The translations under genes and the position numbers were made by a program. 64,000 bases of DNA. Origin: Podarcis muralis (Eukaryota). Position 1 is the first letter of the stretch. Every line of letters starts with the position of its first letter. The stretch spans positions 11,594,001-11,658,000 of the forward strand of contig NC_135667.1 in NCBI RefSeq assembly GCF_964188315.1, written 5' to 3'. Below the pieces are notes generated by a model. It ran no database searches. It saw only the letters and a list, made by a program, of their open reading frames with translations, and was not told where the DNA came from. This document shows, one piece after another, positions 25,600 through 39,076 of this stretch.

Positions 25600-25891
25600 C
25601 TGTGGAATCTTGTAAAGACCTAAGATGTCTGCCAAATGTGAAGAAATATCAGACTCAAGTCCTCCAATTACTCCTATTACGTTATTCTGAATGCCACATT
25701 TGTAGTTTGGGACAAAGTGATATGATTTAAAGAGCAGATCCAGAGTGGAACGATAGGTCATCTTTGAATCAGTATAGCTGTCGTAGATGTGGAACCCAAG
25801 AGTGACATTGGGCAGGATCCTGGGATTATCATTGATCTCATCAACAGCAAACACCAAGGCCAGGATGTGCTGGTAAAACTTGGTCACCACA
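25600..25891 (-). CDS. V2R gene C exon 2 (292 bp)
   Basis: VVTKFYQHILAL...KIPQ; AG/GT boundaries. Confidence 0.95.
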
Positions 25892-28466
25892 CTGCAAATA
25901 AAGTGGCTGGCTATTTCATGGGACTTTTGAACAGTACACAAAGTGGTTTTGTCTCAGTAGTGGTCTACTCTAATCCTAACAATTAAGCTGTCAGAGTATA
26001 CATATAGGATACAACCAGCAAAGTTAGTCATTAATGAAGCTCTGCAACAAACGTGGAAAATGCACCCTGACTCCATTTTACTGGATTGTGCTTTCATAAG
26101 GATAGGCCCGTTTTGAGCAGTCTGAAGCTCAAATCAGATTTTTAATCTCTCAGCAGGTATAGACTGTGGAGATGTCTATAGAAAATGGATTGAGTGTCTT
26201 AAATTTCACTTCATGAGTGCTGTCCATTTTGCTCTTTATCACCATAGAGCTTCAGCTACAAATGCCTACTGAAGTGTGCTACAGTTTTTGGAACTATTAC
26301 CACATTCAGAGCGTTTCTGAACCTGCAAAAACTCTCTCCAGTATTGGACCTCTGTGTGTATCTTTAGAATCCAGCTTTTTATAGGCTGAAACCCAGGGGT
26401 AACGAAACATAAAAGGAACGTGAGAAACTGCTTCTTATCCAGCACACCAAGGTCAGTGTTTTCTTTACAGGCTGCCAACTACTGTAATGTATTCTCCAGT
26501 GTTTCAGAGAAGGGTATTTCCTAATCCTATATTTAAAAAACCAGGGACTGAACCTGGGACCTTTGGCATGCACAGCCTGTGCTTTACTGCCGAGCTCTGC
26601 TGTGCTCTGTAAAGGAAAAGAGTTATATTTTTGCTCTCATTCCCAGTTTTCCCTTAGCTTTAAGCCTCTCATTCTGTTCTATAGCGCATCCCTTTTGCTG
26701 GTAACCACATTCTACTGGAGATTTAAAATGAAAACATAGTATGAAATAATATATGTGTATTTCCTCACTACATCTTACTCTTCATAGGTTGAAAGCCTAA
26801 TGATAACCTGTAGGTTGAAAATTAAGGAAATGGGCATTTTAAGCCAAGTCTCTCTATGTGCATATATTTCAATGAGTCATCAATAATTAACCATCAACCT
26901 CACACCCTGATTTTTGCTGGAAGTCACTGATTATTAGGCTATAATATTAGTCTGACTCAGAGAAAATGGACAATTAATTAATTATAATTATTAAATCCAC
27001 TGCCCAATGTTTAGTATGAATAACTCAAACTAGCTAACAGAAACGTTATTTTATTATTTTCAAAACCTAAACAGGATTATTATTTCAATTCAGTACAGCA
27101 AAGAAAATTCACAACAGCCAAAACTAGTTGAATATATAAATTTCTGCAGGAAAAGATTGACAGCAAATATCTCAGGCAGAGAAAGTACCAAAGAATCAAT
27201 TAATCCCAAGGTCCTTTTTTAAGAGGCAAAGAACACGCTATTAATAATTACAGGTTATGTGTGACAAGCCAGATGAACAATTTTGAAGTCTTACTACATT
27301 TCATGCAAGAACCCATTGCACCATTTCAGTATATTTAAAAAGATCCACAGCACATCTTAGCTGAAAATAAAATTGCACATACTATAATACATGAAAAAGA
27401 AGAGGCAATTTAGAGTCACTAAGTGTTGGGGACAGGTGGACATTCTACAGATTTGATGCATTTACTGTAAAGCGTTATCTAAAAATAGTACACCAGAAAT
27501 TTCGACAGAGTGAAAACATGAAAATTATCAAGGATTTCAGGACTACAAAATACAGAATCATTTAAGGGGCTTGAGTGGCAAAATTAAACTTGGAGGAAAA
27601 AATGTATGACATTGAACCCACAAGAGGATAATAAAACATTCAAGTTTTAAAGGACACAGCAAGTTCGGTCTTGTCAAACCAGAATGCACCTTAGATTGCA
27701 ATTTTAGATAGAGCAGCCGGCACATTTGGCCTCAATTGTTCTGATATCATCTGAAATGCCTGTGGGGTCTGCATGTTGGTCATTTTATGTGTCATCCACA
27801 GTTTTTTTCTCATCTCATCACAATATTTTAAAACTGTCCCCCCCCCTTTCATTCCTTGCACCTCCTAACAAATAAAGCAGGAACGTTGGGAGTCACAAGC
27901 TGGTGAGTGAGGAACAAGCCAATGACCAGAGTCAATAGTTGTTAGGGCTACACCTTTCTCTCTGTCTTCCTGTGATTTATTTCCCACCTCCTAATTTTCC
28001 CCATTCCTCTCTCCCTCTCCCTCTTAGCTGTCTCACTTCCCCACATGCTTTCTCCTCCATACCACCCATATGCTATTAAGCTGAAGGCTATGTGAGGCCC
28101 ATGGGGTAAAAGTTCTCCACTCCTGAAATAAAGAACTATAATGCTTGAACAGGTCTGAAAATTTGGGTGAAATACAAAAGCTGCCCCATACTCCCCTTAC
28201 ATAATGGAAGCTCTCTGAGGCTATGTATTATAACAAGACCACAGAGCAATTGGATTACGAAAGGCTAATGTTTCCAAATCTTCAACTGCTAGTATAGGTA
28301 TAGTCTAAATATAGAGGCATTTGAGTTTTTCATTTTCTTAATGTCCAGCCAGCCAGCCATGCAAAAGCAGGTTTATTTCTGGTTTTAAACAGTAATCAAA
28401 GCCATTTGCAGACAGCCACACTAATAGAAAGAATTGGTCAAATGAAATCAAGGGACATTTCCTTAC

Positions 28467-28675
28467 GATGGGGTCTTATAGGAGACTTGAGAAGGGTGTC
28501 TGTTGAATAAGATTTTGGGGAAAACGTAATTCATATGAGACACCATCCCACCAATGAGGAGATCACCTGGCTCATACCACTCATGTGGAATATCTACAGG
28601 ATTATTATTGGTGAGCTTAACTGTATGCACTTTGCACAGCAAATCTGGGAGCAGCAAAAGCAGCAGCAGCAACAT
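28467..28675 (-). CDS. V2R gene C exon 1. Whole gene C: 209+292+882+228+127+902 = 2640 nt = 879 aa plus stop, intact
   Basis: ATG, poly-Leu signal peptide, HEWYEPGDLLIGG, gtaagg donor; phases are compatible. Confidence 0.92.
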
Positions 28676-29859
28676 CCTGTACTGTAACTTCACTTGGAAC
28701 CCGGGAATTCCAGTTTACAATATTAACTGGTTGATCACTGTAAGAACAGAATGCTGGACTAGAAGGGCCTTTGACCTGATGTGGCAGAGCTGCTATTATG
28801 TCAGGATCTTATTATTACAAATCTGCTGGATTTGAAGATCAGTTGGATGGCATCTGGCTCTGCCAAGGAGCTTCTCAAAGGGACATCTTCCAATCTTATC
28901 CTTAACCTCAACAGCATGCCATATGCATGCCTTGAATGCTAATTAGGAAACACTGATTTGAAGCTTGACCTAAACAATGAAAGAAGGAAACTAACTAAAA
29001 TGACAGTGCCCTGCCTCTCTCTTCTCCCTAATATTAGGTGTCCCTGGAACACGTATGTACTTATAATGATTTCAGAAGTGCTTGTTTAACTGTTTTCCAC
29101 AGTATTCTGGAAAGCACTAGCCAGATGAGTTGATTATGGTGGTTTTTATAATTACTGGGGAGATAATGACAACTGAATTATTATTTCTTTACTCCATTGT
29201 GAACCATCAATTACAGAACTCCAGAAGTAAATATGTTCAGCTGATTGTAGCTATTACATTTTAGCATCAAGATCTAAAATCCTTGTGATGAAATAATTGC
29301 TACTCTCAAAGATACGAGAGGAACTTTCAGATCCATTAATTCTATTTCTTGGGAATTGGGACAATGAGGGTAGAGAAAGTTTTTCTACCCAGAGTGAGGG
29401 GAGAATTTAATGTAGCATTGGGGAGATAGTTCCACAAGCATTGCTGCATGCCAAATTGGGGGGAGGAATAACCTTTTGTCCTCTTGTGCACAGTTTCTGT
29501 GTGTGTGTGTCTTGTGGAAGGTGTGGGGAGCATGCAGAGGCTGGAGAGGAGAGAAAGCCCTGTTGTGCTAGTTGGATATTAATTTTTTTCCTGTTTTCAA
29601 TAACAACTGTATTAATTGATGTAGGGTTCTTCAACAGTTTAAACCTCATCGTACAAAGAAAATCACTCTAATGTGAGTTTGCTTGCAAACTTACATAGTG
29701 CTTATTTGTCCTTCCTCTGTCTTATCTGGGTAAGCTTCCATGGTGAAGGGACTGTGGCTAGAAATGCTTCGACCTATGGTGACTATGATCTGTACACTTC
29801 AGCATCTTCTGGGCCAAATGGCTCTGTTTGGTTGAAGTCTTATCCTCCTTCTCTGAACT

Positions 29860-31756
29860 CTTTTTTTAAAAAAATATCTTTATTAATTTCAAATAAATAT
29901 ATTTATGAAAAACAGGTGTACATACAAGTAAACAAACATACAATCAAACAAACAAATAACAGAAAAATCAAACAAACCACCACACTATAAGATATAAGAA
30001 GATTAATATAATTATCATCATATATACTCTTGGTATTGAACACAATCATTAAATTTATAGAAAAGAAATTTAAAACTGACTTGCAATTAATCTCATTGTA
30101 CTTTGTCTATCCATTACTGTATATGGCACAGTTACATATTTCTTATATAATTTCTTTTTACCTCCCTACAAACTTATATTTATACAATGCAGGGATCAGT
30201 CTAATTCTGCCAAGATGTTTTCTTTTATTCCATAGTTTTCTAAATATTCTTTAAAGGTTCTCCAATCCTTATAGACTTTCGCTAGCTGCAGATATTCTAC
30301 CATTAGGATTTGCCAATCTTCTGTGTTGGTTATTGTTGTGTTTTTCCAATTTCTTGCTACTAAAATTCTGACCACCGTTATTCCGTACATGAACAATGTT
30401 CTTTTCGATTTCCCTATTTCTTTTGGCAAAATGCTTATAAATATTTTTTCTAGCCTCTTTTTGAATGTTAATTTAAATATTTTTTTAAGTTCTTCATATA
30501 TATTATTCCAAAAAACACAAATATCTGTACATTACCACCACATATGCAAAGAAGACCCAATTTCTTTATTACATCAACATATAGATGATCTGTTCTTATA
30601 CATTTTAGCAAGTTTTTCTGGAGTTTCGTGCCATCTATACATCATCTTCATTGTGTTTTCCCTGAGATTGTAGCAGGCCGCGAATTTTATGTCTTCCCGC
30701 CATACTTTTTCCCATTGTTCCATGTAAACATTATAGCCCAAATCTTGCACCCATCTCACCATTACAGCTTTCACTTGTTCTTCCTTTACCCCCCATTCCA
30801 ATAGAAGGTTGTATACCCGTGAGATATATTTTCCTTTACTTTGTATCAATTCTTTTTCAAATGTTGATGTTTCTTTTGCAAGTCCTGCTTTTTTATCAAT
30901 GGTTAATCTTTGATGCATTTAAAAATATTGCAGCCAGTCTGTTAGATACCCTTTATTTTCTTCATATTTTTTCAATATAGGTTCATCCTGTTGTCCTTCT
31001 AATAATAATCGGTATGTGGCCCATTCCCCATCCATATTCTTTTTCTTAACTGCCTGTGCTTCTGTAGGTGAGCTCCACGGGGGAATCCTGGGTTCTAGTA
31101 TTCCTTTATATTTTGACCAGATCTTATATAATGATTTCCTTATTAAATGGTTCAAGAAGCCCCTGTGGACCTTTACCTTCTCATATATTAAATAGGCATG
31201 CCACCCATACCAATTATCATATCCCTCCAAATCTAATACATCGAAATCCCTTAATGTTGAGGTAAAGGTAAAGGTACCCCTGCCAGTACGGGCCAGTCTT
31301 GACAGACTCTAGGGTTGTGCGCTCATCTCACTCTATAGGCCGGGGGCCAGCGCTGTCCGAAGACACTTCCGGGTCATGTGGCCAGCGTGACGAAGCTGCT
31401 CTGGCGAGCCAGTGCAGCACAGGGAAATGCCGTTTACCTTCCCGCTAGTAAGCGGCCCCTATTTATCTACTTGCACCTGGGGGTGCTTTCGAACTGCTAG
31501 GTTGGCAGGCGCTGGGACCGAGCAATGGGAGCGCACCCCTCCGCGGGGATTCGAACCGCCGACCATGTGATCAGCAAGTCCTAGTCGCTGAGGTTTTACC
31601 CACAGCGCCACCTGCGTCCCTCCCTTAATGTTATCCAATCTTTAATCCATAATAATGCTGCAGCTGCATGGTATAGCTCTAGATCAGGGAGCGCGAAGCC
31701 TCCTCTCTCTATTTTATTTGTTAACAGTTGGAATTTTATTCTCGGCTTTTTTTTCA
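29860..31756 (-). mobile_element. 5'-truncated, degraded L1 (ORF2 3' end plus 3' UTR) interrupted by a Sauria SINE
   Basis: Broken ORFs 30196-31230 align with the ORF2 C-terminus at 57440-58650; 11-bp TSD TTCTCTGAACT (29849-29859 and 31757-31767). Confidence 0.88.
31259..31620 (-). mobile_element. Sauria SINE
   Basis: Full head gggacgcaggtggcgctgtgggtaaaacc, (ACCTTT)n tail, 12-bp TSD TCCCTTAATGTT (31247-31258 and 31621-31632). Confidence 0.9.
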
Positions 31757-34700
31757 TTCTCTGAACTTTGCCCCCCTACTAATATTAATTGAGAACCAAA
31801 GCTAGCTTCAGTTTTTGCTGTCATAAATCTATCATGGAAGGCAGGTTGTGTGAGTGTTCAAGGCGATGAAAAGTAGATTAAAATAAAAAATATACACACT
31901 CAGGCATATTGGGCATGAAGGGAGATTTCCTGTCACCTGATTCTTCAAAGTCACAAGAGTTCAGAGAAGGAGGATAAGACTTCAACCAAACAGAGCCATT
32001 TGGCCCAGAGGATGCTGAAGTGTACAGATCATAGTGACCATAGGTCGAAGCATTGCTAGCCACAGTCCCTGCACCATGGAAGCTTACCCAGATAAGACAG
32101 AGGAAGGACAAATAAGCACTATGTAAGTTTGCAAGCAAACTCACATTAGAGTGATTTTCTTTGTACGATGAGGTTTAAACTGTTGCAGGACCCCACATCA
32201 ATTAATACAGTTGTTATTGAAAACAGGAAAAAAATGAATCTCCAACTAGCACAACAGGGCTTTCTCTCCTCTCCAGCCTCTGCATGCTCCCCACACCTTC
32301 CACAAGACACACACACACAGAAACTGTGCACAAGAGGACAAAAGGTTATTCCTTCCCCAATTTGGCATGCAGCAATGCTTGTGGAACTATCTCCCCAATG
32401 CTACATTAAATTCTCCCCTTACTCTGGGTAGAAAAACTTTCTCTACCCTCATTGTCCCAATTCCCAAGAAATAGAATTAATGGATCTGAAAGTTCCTCTT
32501 GTATCTTTGAGAGTAGCAATTATTTCATCACAAGGATTTTAGATCTTGATGCTAAAATGTAATACCTACAATCTGCTGAACATATTTACTTCTGGAGTTC
32601 TGTAATTGATGGCTCACAATGGAGTAAAGAAATAATAATTCAGTTGTCATTATCTCCCCAGTAATTATAAAAACCACCATAATCAACTCATCTGGCTAGT
32701 GCTTTCCAGAATACCGTGGAAAACAGTTAAACAAGCACTCCTGAAATCATTATAAGTACATACGTGTTCCAGGGACACCTAATATTAGGGAGAAGAGAGA
32801 GGCAGGGCACTGTCATTTTAGTTAGTTTCCTTATTTCATTGTTTAGCATTCAAGGCATGCGTATGGCATGCTGTTGAGGTTAAGGATAAGATTGGAAGAT
32901 GTCCCTTTGAGAAGCTCCTTGGCAGAGCCAGATGCCATCCAACTGATCTTCAAATCCAGCAGATTTGTAATAATAAGATCCTGACATTATAGCAGCTCTG
33001 CCACATCAGGTCAAAGGCCCTTCTAGTCCAGCATTCTGTTCTTACAGTGATCAACCAGTTAATATTTTAAACAGGAATTCCCGGGTTCCAAGGGAAGTTA
33101 CAGTACAGGATGTTGCTGCTGCTGCTTTTGCTGCTCCCAGATTTGCTGTGCAAAGTGCATACAGTTAAGCTCATCAATAATAATCCTGTAGATATTCCAC
33201 ATGAGTGGTATGAGCCAGGTGATCTCCTCATTGGCGGGATGGTGTCTCATATGCGTTATGTTTTCTCCAAAAGCTTATTCAACAGACACCCTTCTCAAGT
33301 CTCCTATAAGACCCCATCGTAAGGAAATGTCCCTTGACTTCATTTGACCAATTATTTCTATTAGTGTGGCTGTCTGCAAATAGCTTTGATTACTGTTTAA
33401 AACCAGAAATAGACCTGCTTCTTCATGGCTGGCTGGCTGGACGTTAAGAAAATGAAAAACTCAAATGCCTCTATATTTAGACTATACCTATACTAGCAGT
33501 TGAAGATTTGGAAACATTAGCCTTTCATGATCCAATTGCTCTATGGTTTTGTTATAATACATAGCCTCTGAGAGCTTCCATTATATAAGGGGAGTATGGG
33601 GCAGCTTTTGTATTTCACCCAAATTTTCAGACATGTTCAAGCTTTATAGTTCTTTATTTCAGGAGTGGAGAACTTTTACCCCATGGGCCTCAGCTTAATA
33701 GCATATGGGTGGCATGGAGGAGAAAGCATGTGGGGAAGTGAGACAGCTGAGAGGGAGAGGGAGAGAGGAATGGGGAAAAGCAGGAGGTGGGAAATAAATC
33801 AAAGGGAGACAGAGAGAAAGGTGTAGCCCTAACAACTATTGACTCTGGTCATTGGCTTGTTCCTCACTCATTCCCAACATTCCTGCTTTATTTGTTAGGA
33901 GGTGCAAAGAATGAAAGGGTGGGGGAAACAGTTTTTAAAATTATATTGTGATGAGATGAGAAAAAAACTGTGGATGACACATAAAATGACCAACATGCAG
34001 ACCCCAAGGTATTTCAGATGATAACAAACAAATGAGGCCAAATGTGCTGGCTGTTCTATTTAAAATTGGAATCTAAGGTGCATTCTGGTTTGACAAGATC
34101 GAACTTGCTGTGTCCTTTAAAAGTTGAATGTTTTATTATCCTCTTGTGGGTTTAATGTCATACATTTTTTCCTCCAAGTTTAATTTTGCCACTCAAGCCC
34201 CTTAAATGATTTTGCATTTTGTACTCCTGAAATCCCTGATAATTTTCATTTTTTCACTCTGTCGAAATTTCTGGTGTACCATTTTTAGATAATGCTTTAC
34301 AGTAAATGCATCAAATCTGTAGAATGTCCACCTGTCCCCAACACTTAGTGACTCTAAATTGCCTCTTCTTTTTCATGCATTATAGTATGTGCAATTTTAT
34401 TTTCAACTGAGATGTGCTGTGGATCTTTTTAAATGTACTGAAATGGTGCAATGGGTTCTTGCATAAAATGTAATAAGACTACAAAATAGTCTTACTACAT
34501 AACGTGTAATTATTAATTATTATTAATATTGTGTTCTCTGCCTCTTCAAAAAGGACCTTGAGGTTAAATGATTCTTTGGTACTTTCTCTGCCTGAGATAT
34601 TTGCTGTCAATCTTTTCCTGCGGAAATGTATATATTCAACTAGTTTTGGCTGTTGTGAATTTTCTTAGTTGTAGTGAATTGAAATAATAATCCTGTTTAG

Positions 34701-35739
34701 GTTTTGAAAATAATAAAATAACGTTTCTGTTAGCTAGTTTGAGTTATTCATACTAAATTAATAATTATTAATAATTAATTTAATAATTATAATTAATTAA
34801 TTGTCCATTTTCTCTGGGTAAGACTAATTTTATATCCTAATAATCAGTGACTTCCAGCAAAAATCAGGGTGTGAGGTTGATGGTTAATCATTGATGAGTC
34901 ATTGAAATATATGCACATAGAGAGACTTGGCTTAAAATGCCCATTTCCTAAATTTTCAACCTACAGGTTATCATTAGGCTTTCAACCTATGAAGAGTAAG
35001 ATGTAGTGAGTAAATACACATATATTATTTCATACCATTTTTTCATTTTAAATCTCCAATAGAATGTGGTTACCAGAAAAAGGGATGCGCTGTAGAACAG
35101 AATGAGAGGCTTAAAGCATCCTAGAAGGAAGCAGGCATTTGTGTAATGAAACGACTTGCTAAGGGAAAACTGGGAATGAGAACAAAAATATAACACTTCA
35201 TTTACAGAACAGAGCAGAGCTCAGCAGTACAGCTCAGGTTGTGCATGCCAAAGGTCCCAGGTTCAGTCCCTGGTTTTTCAAATAGGGGATTAGAAAATAC
35301 CCTTCTCTGAAACACTGGAGAATACAGTAGGTGGCAGCCTGTAAAGAAAATACTGACTTCGGTGTGCTGAATATGAAGCAGCTTCTCACATTCCTTTTAT
35401 GTTCACTTACTCCTGGGTTTCAACCTATAAAAAGCTGGATTCTAAAGATACACACAGAGGTCCAGTACTGGAGGAAGTTTTTGCAGGTTCAGGAACTCTC
35501 CAAATGTGGTAATAGTTCCAAAAACTGTAGCACACTTCAGTAGGCATTTGTAGCTGAAGCTCTATGGTGATAAAGAGCAAAATGGACAGCACTCATGAAG
35601 TGAAATTTAAGACACTCAATCCATTCTCTATAGACATCTCCACAGTCTATATCTGCTGAGAGATTAAAAATCTGATTTGAGCTACAGACTGCTCAAAACA
35701 GGCCTATCCTTATGAAAGCACAATTCTGCCTTTCTTATA

Positions 35740-36102
35740 AAGGTAAAGGTAAAGGTACCCCTGCCCGTACGGGCCAGTCTTGCCAGACTCTAGGGTTGTG
35801 CGCCCATCTCACTCAAGAGGCCGGGGGCCAGCGCTGTCCGGAGACACTTCCGGGTCACGTGGCCAGCGTGACATCACTGCTCTGGCGAGCCAGAGCCGCA
35901 CACGGAAACGCCGTTTACCTTCCCGCTTGTAAGCGGTCCCTATTTATCTACTTGCACCCGGGAGTGCTTTCGAACTGCTAGGTTGGCAGGCGCTGGGACC
36001 GAGCAACGGGAGCGCACCCCGCCGCAGGGATTCGAACCACTGACCTTTCGATCGGCAAGCCCTAGGCGCTGAGGCTTTTACCCACAGCGCCACCTGCGTC
36101 CC
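35740..36102 (-). mobile_element. Sauria SINE in gene D intron 1
   Basis: Same family; 9-bp TSD TTTCTTATA (35731-35739 and 36103-36111); absent from gene C. Confidence 0.9.
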
Positions 36103-38758
36103 TTTCTTATAGCGCTTCTTTAATGACTAATTATGCTGCTTGTACCCTATATGTATACTCTGGCAGCTTAATTGTTAGGATTAGAGTAGACCACTACCAA
36201 GACAAAACTACTTTGTGTACTGTTCAAAAGTCCCATGAAATAGCCAGCCACTTTATTTGCAGTGTGGTGACCAAGTTTTACCAGCACATCCTGGCCTTGG
36301 TGTTTGCTGTTGATGAGATCAATGATAATCCCAGGATCCTGCCCAATGTCACTCTTGGGTTCCACATCTACGACAGCTATTCTGATTCAAGGATGACCTA
36401 TCGTTCCATTCTGGACCTGCTCTTTAAATCACATCACTTTGTCCCAAACTACCAATGTGGCATTCAGAATAAAGTATTAGGAGTAATTGGGGGACTTGAT
36501 TCTGATATTTCTTCATGCTTGGCAGACATCTTAGGTCTTTACAGGATTCTACAGGTAGGATTTGAGCCTGGGGATAAGAGGGATTTCCTTTAATCTTCCA
36601 CTATAATTCACTCTCTTTCCAGTAGCAACTTGAATGGGGAAAAGTAAAATCTGAATTATGTGGAACTGATTGGGGGGGTATAACATGGATAATCAGAGAT
36701 GTGAATGATAAGGGCAAGATGGCTTTCTGAATTCTATTAAATTAACTCTATTGTATGTAAGGGGAATTGTTGCACAAAGTGATATGAGTGAGCAAAAGTG
36801 GGTGGGTGTGTCTGTCTGTCCCTATAAAATAATGCAGAGTTTCACTTTAATTGTTGGAAATTTATAAGATTGCAGTGTAAAGGGAAAAAAATAATAAATG
36901 TAAGGATTATGGACCGCTGATTCCACTCTAAAATGTCTGATTGTTGTTTTAGATTTCATACGGTTCATTTGAACCAGCAGCCATTGATCAGATAAAGTTC
37001 CCTTCCTTTTACCGCATGGTTCCCAACGAAGGCTTCAGTATCAGGGAATTATCCAGTTACTTCTGCATTTCAGATGGAAATGGATCGGGCTCATTGCTAT
37101 AAACGACAGAGGGGGAGAAACATTCTTGCAGACCATAGAGCCAATACTTTCCAAGCATGGAATATGTTCAGCATTCACAGAAAGAGTTCAAAAACATACA
37201 TATTTCTCAGGTAATGGACTTGAAATGGTTGATGACCTACTGAATAATTTGCCGACTTTCATGAAAAGCAAAGCAAATGCAGTTATTATATATGGAGAAA
37301 GTGCAACTGTTCGATGGTTGGGAGGTGTTATAGGAGTAGTTAAGATACTTCAACAAATCAATCCACAGTATAAAAAGACGTTATCTCCAGAAAAGGTTTG
37401 GATTACGACAGCCCAAATTGATTTTACATTGTACACTTTTCAAAAGATTACAGAGGTTGATAGACAAATGTTCCACGGTTCTATCTGCTTCTCAATTCAT
37501 GCAAAGGAGCTTCGGGATTTCGAACAATTTCTTAAGAATATAAATCTTTCATGGGCAGATGCAGATGGTTTTATCAACGATTTCTGGGAACAAGAATTTA
37601 GTTGTTCACTTTCAAATTCCACTGGGCCAGCAGACACATGTACTGGGGAGGAGATGCTGGAGAGCCTTCCTGCACCATTTTTTGAAATGAGCATGACTGG
37701 CCATAGCTACAGTATCTATAATGCTGTCTATGCTCTGGCAGAAGCCTTACATATGACTTCCTCAACTAAAACCAACTTCAGAAAAATGGAGGGTGGAGAC
37801 AAGCTATTTTATCAGAAAGTGGAACCCTGGAAGGTAATGTTTCTGTACTGACAGTTCTGTGATACCAATATTCCATTAACAAAGCAATTTCTGCAGAACA
37901 TGAGCACCCAGCTCTTGTCATTCCTTTCAGATTCTTCCCTTCCCTTCAGATGATAATGTTTATACCCTAACTTATCCTCCATTATTCTTTTTGAAAGTTC
38001 TTTTGACAGCAACTTCAACTGAATTTAAAGTGATTCATGATTTTCCACTCTCTTCCTTTGTCGGCTACTGAAAGTCAGAAACTTTCCATTGTGTAAAGGT
38101 TCTCTGAAAGAGAAATATAAGTAAAATCCATCTAGGAAAGCTATTTCAATAACCAATTCCTATTTTTGTTAGTCCATTTGATTCTCTTTCACTTTCCACT
38201 TAGCTCCACTCGTTTCTTCGAGGAATGTCATTCAACAACAGTGCTGGAGATGAAATTACATTGAATGAACATGGAGAATTGGACGCTGGATTTGATATTA
38301 CAAATTTGATCACATTCCCAAATAAATCCTATGTCAGAATCAAAGTGGGAAGGCTGGACCCTCAGGCTCCTCCTGGGAAAGAATTCACCATTGATGAGGC
38401 CAGAATTAAATGGCACAGAAGTTTGACTCAGGTGGATAATAATGCAATATTATTATTATTATTATTATACATTGCTTTTATATGAAAAGTGAATATTTCA
38501 TTGGTGGCAAGCTATCATTTGAAGAACTCTCTTTACGCACGTGAGCACGCCCAACTCCTTAAGATCATTATTGGTAGTTCTGCTTTTTAGGCTACTCTTT
38601 AAATGAGTTCGGTACATACACAGCTGCTAGGGACAGGACTTTTTTTGTGGTGGCCCCTGGTCTATGGAAATACTTTCCTTGAGATGTTCATTTGGCTTTG
38701 TCACTGTTGTCCTTCAGAAATAGGATGAAAACGCTTCCGTTCCACCTAGCTGTTGATA

Positions 38759-39076
38759 TTGTTCAAATATATAAAAGGATGTCATATAGAGGAGGGAGAA
38801 AGGTTGTTTTCTGCTGCTCCAGAGAAGCGGACACGGAGCAATGGATCCAAACTACAAGAAAGAAGATTCCACCTAAACATTAGGAAGAACTTCCTGACAG
38901 TAAGAGCTGTTCGACAGTGGAATTTGCTGCAAAGGAGTGTGGTGGAGTCTCCTTCTTTGGAGGTCTTTAAGCAGAGGCTTGACAACCATATGTCAGGAGT
39001 GCTCTGATGGTGTTTCCTGCTTGGCAGGGGGTTGGACCTGATGGCCCTTGTGGTCTATTCCAACTCTATGATTCTA
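38759..39076 (+). mobile_element. Young CR1 3' end in gene D intron 4
   Basis: Nearly identical to 56520-56840; ATTCTAT tail; gene C has the empty site at ~22405-22415. Confidence 0.9.

Noticed and set aside
31259-31620. tRNA-like sequence at SINE heads (four copies)
   Set aside because: These are tRNA-derived heads of Sauria SINEs, not tRNA genes
29342-32431. Paired identical small ORFs on opposite strands (MSLLANLHSAY..., MRFKLL...)
   Set aside because: They are explained by the inverted duplication of non-coding upstream DNA and show no protein motifs
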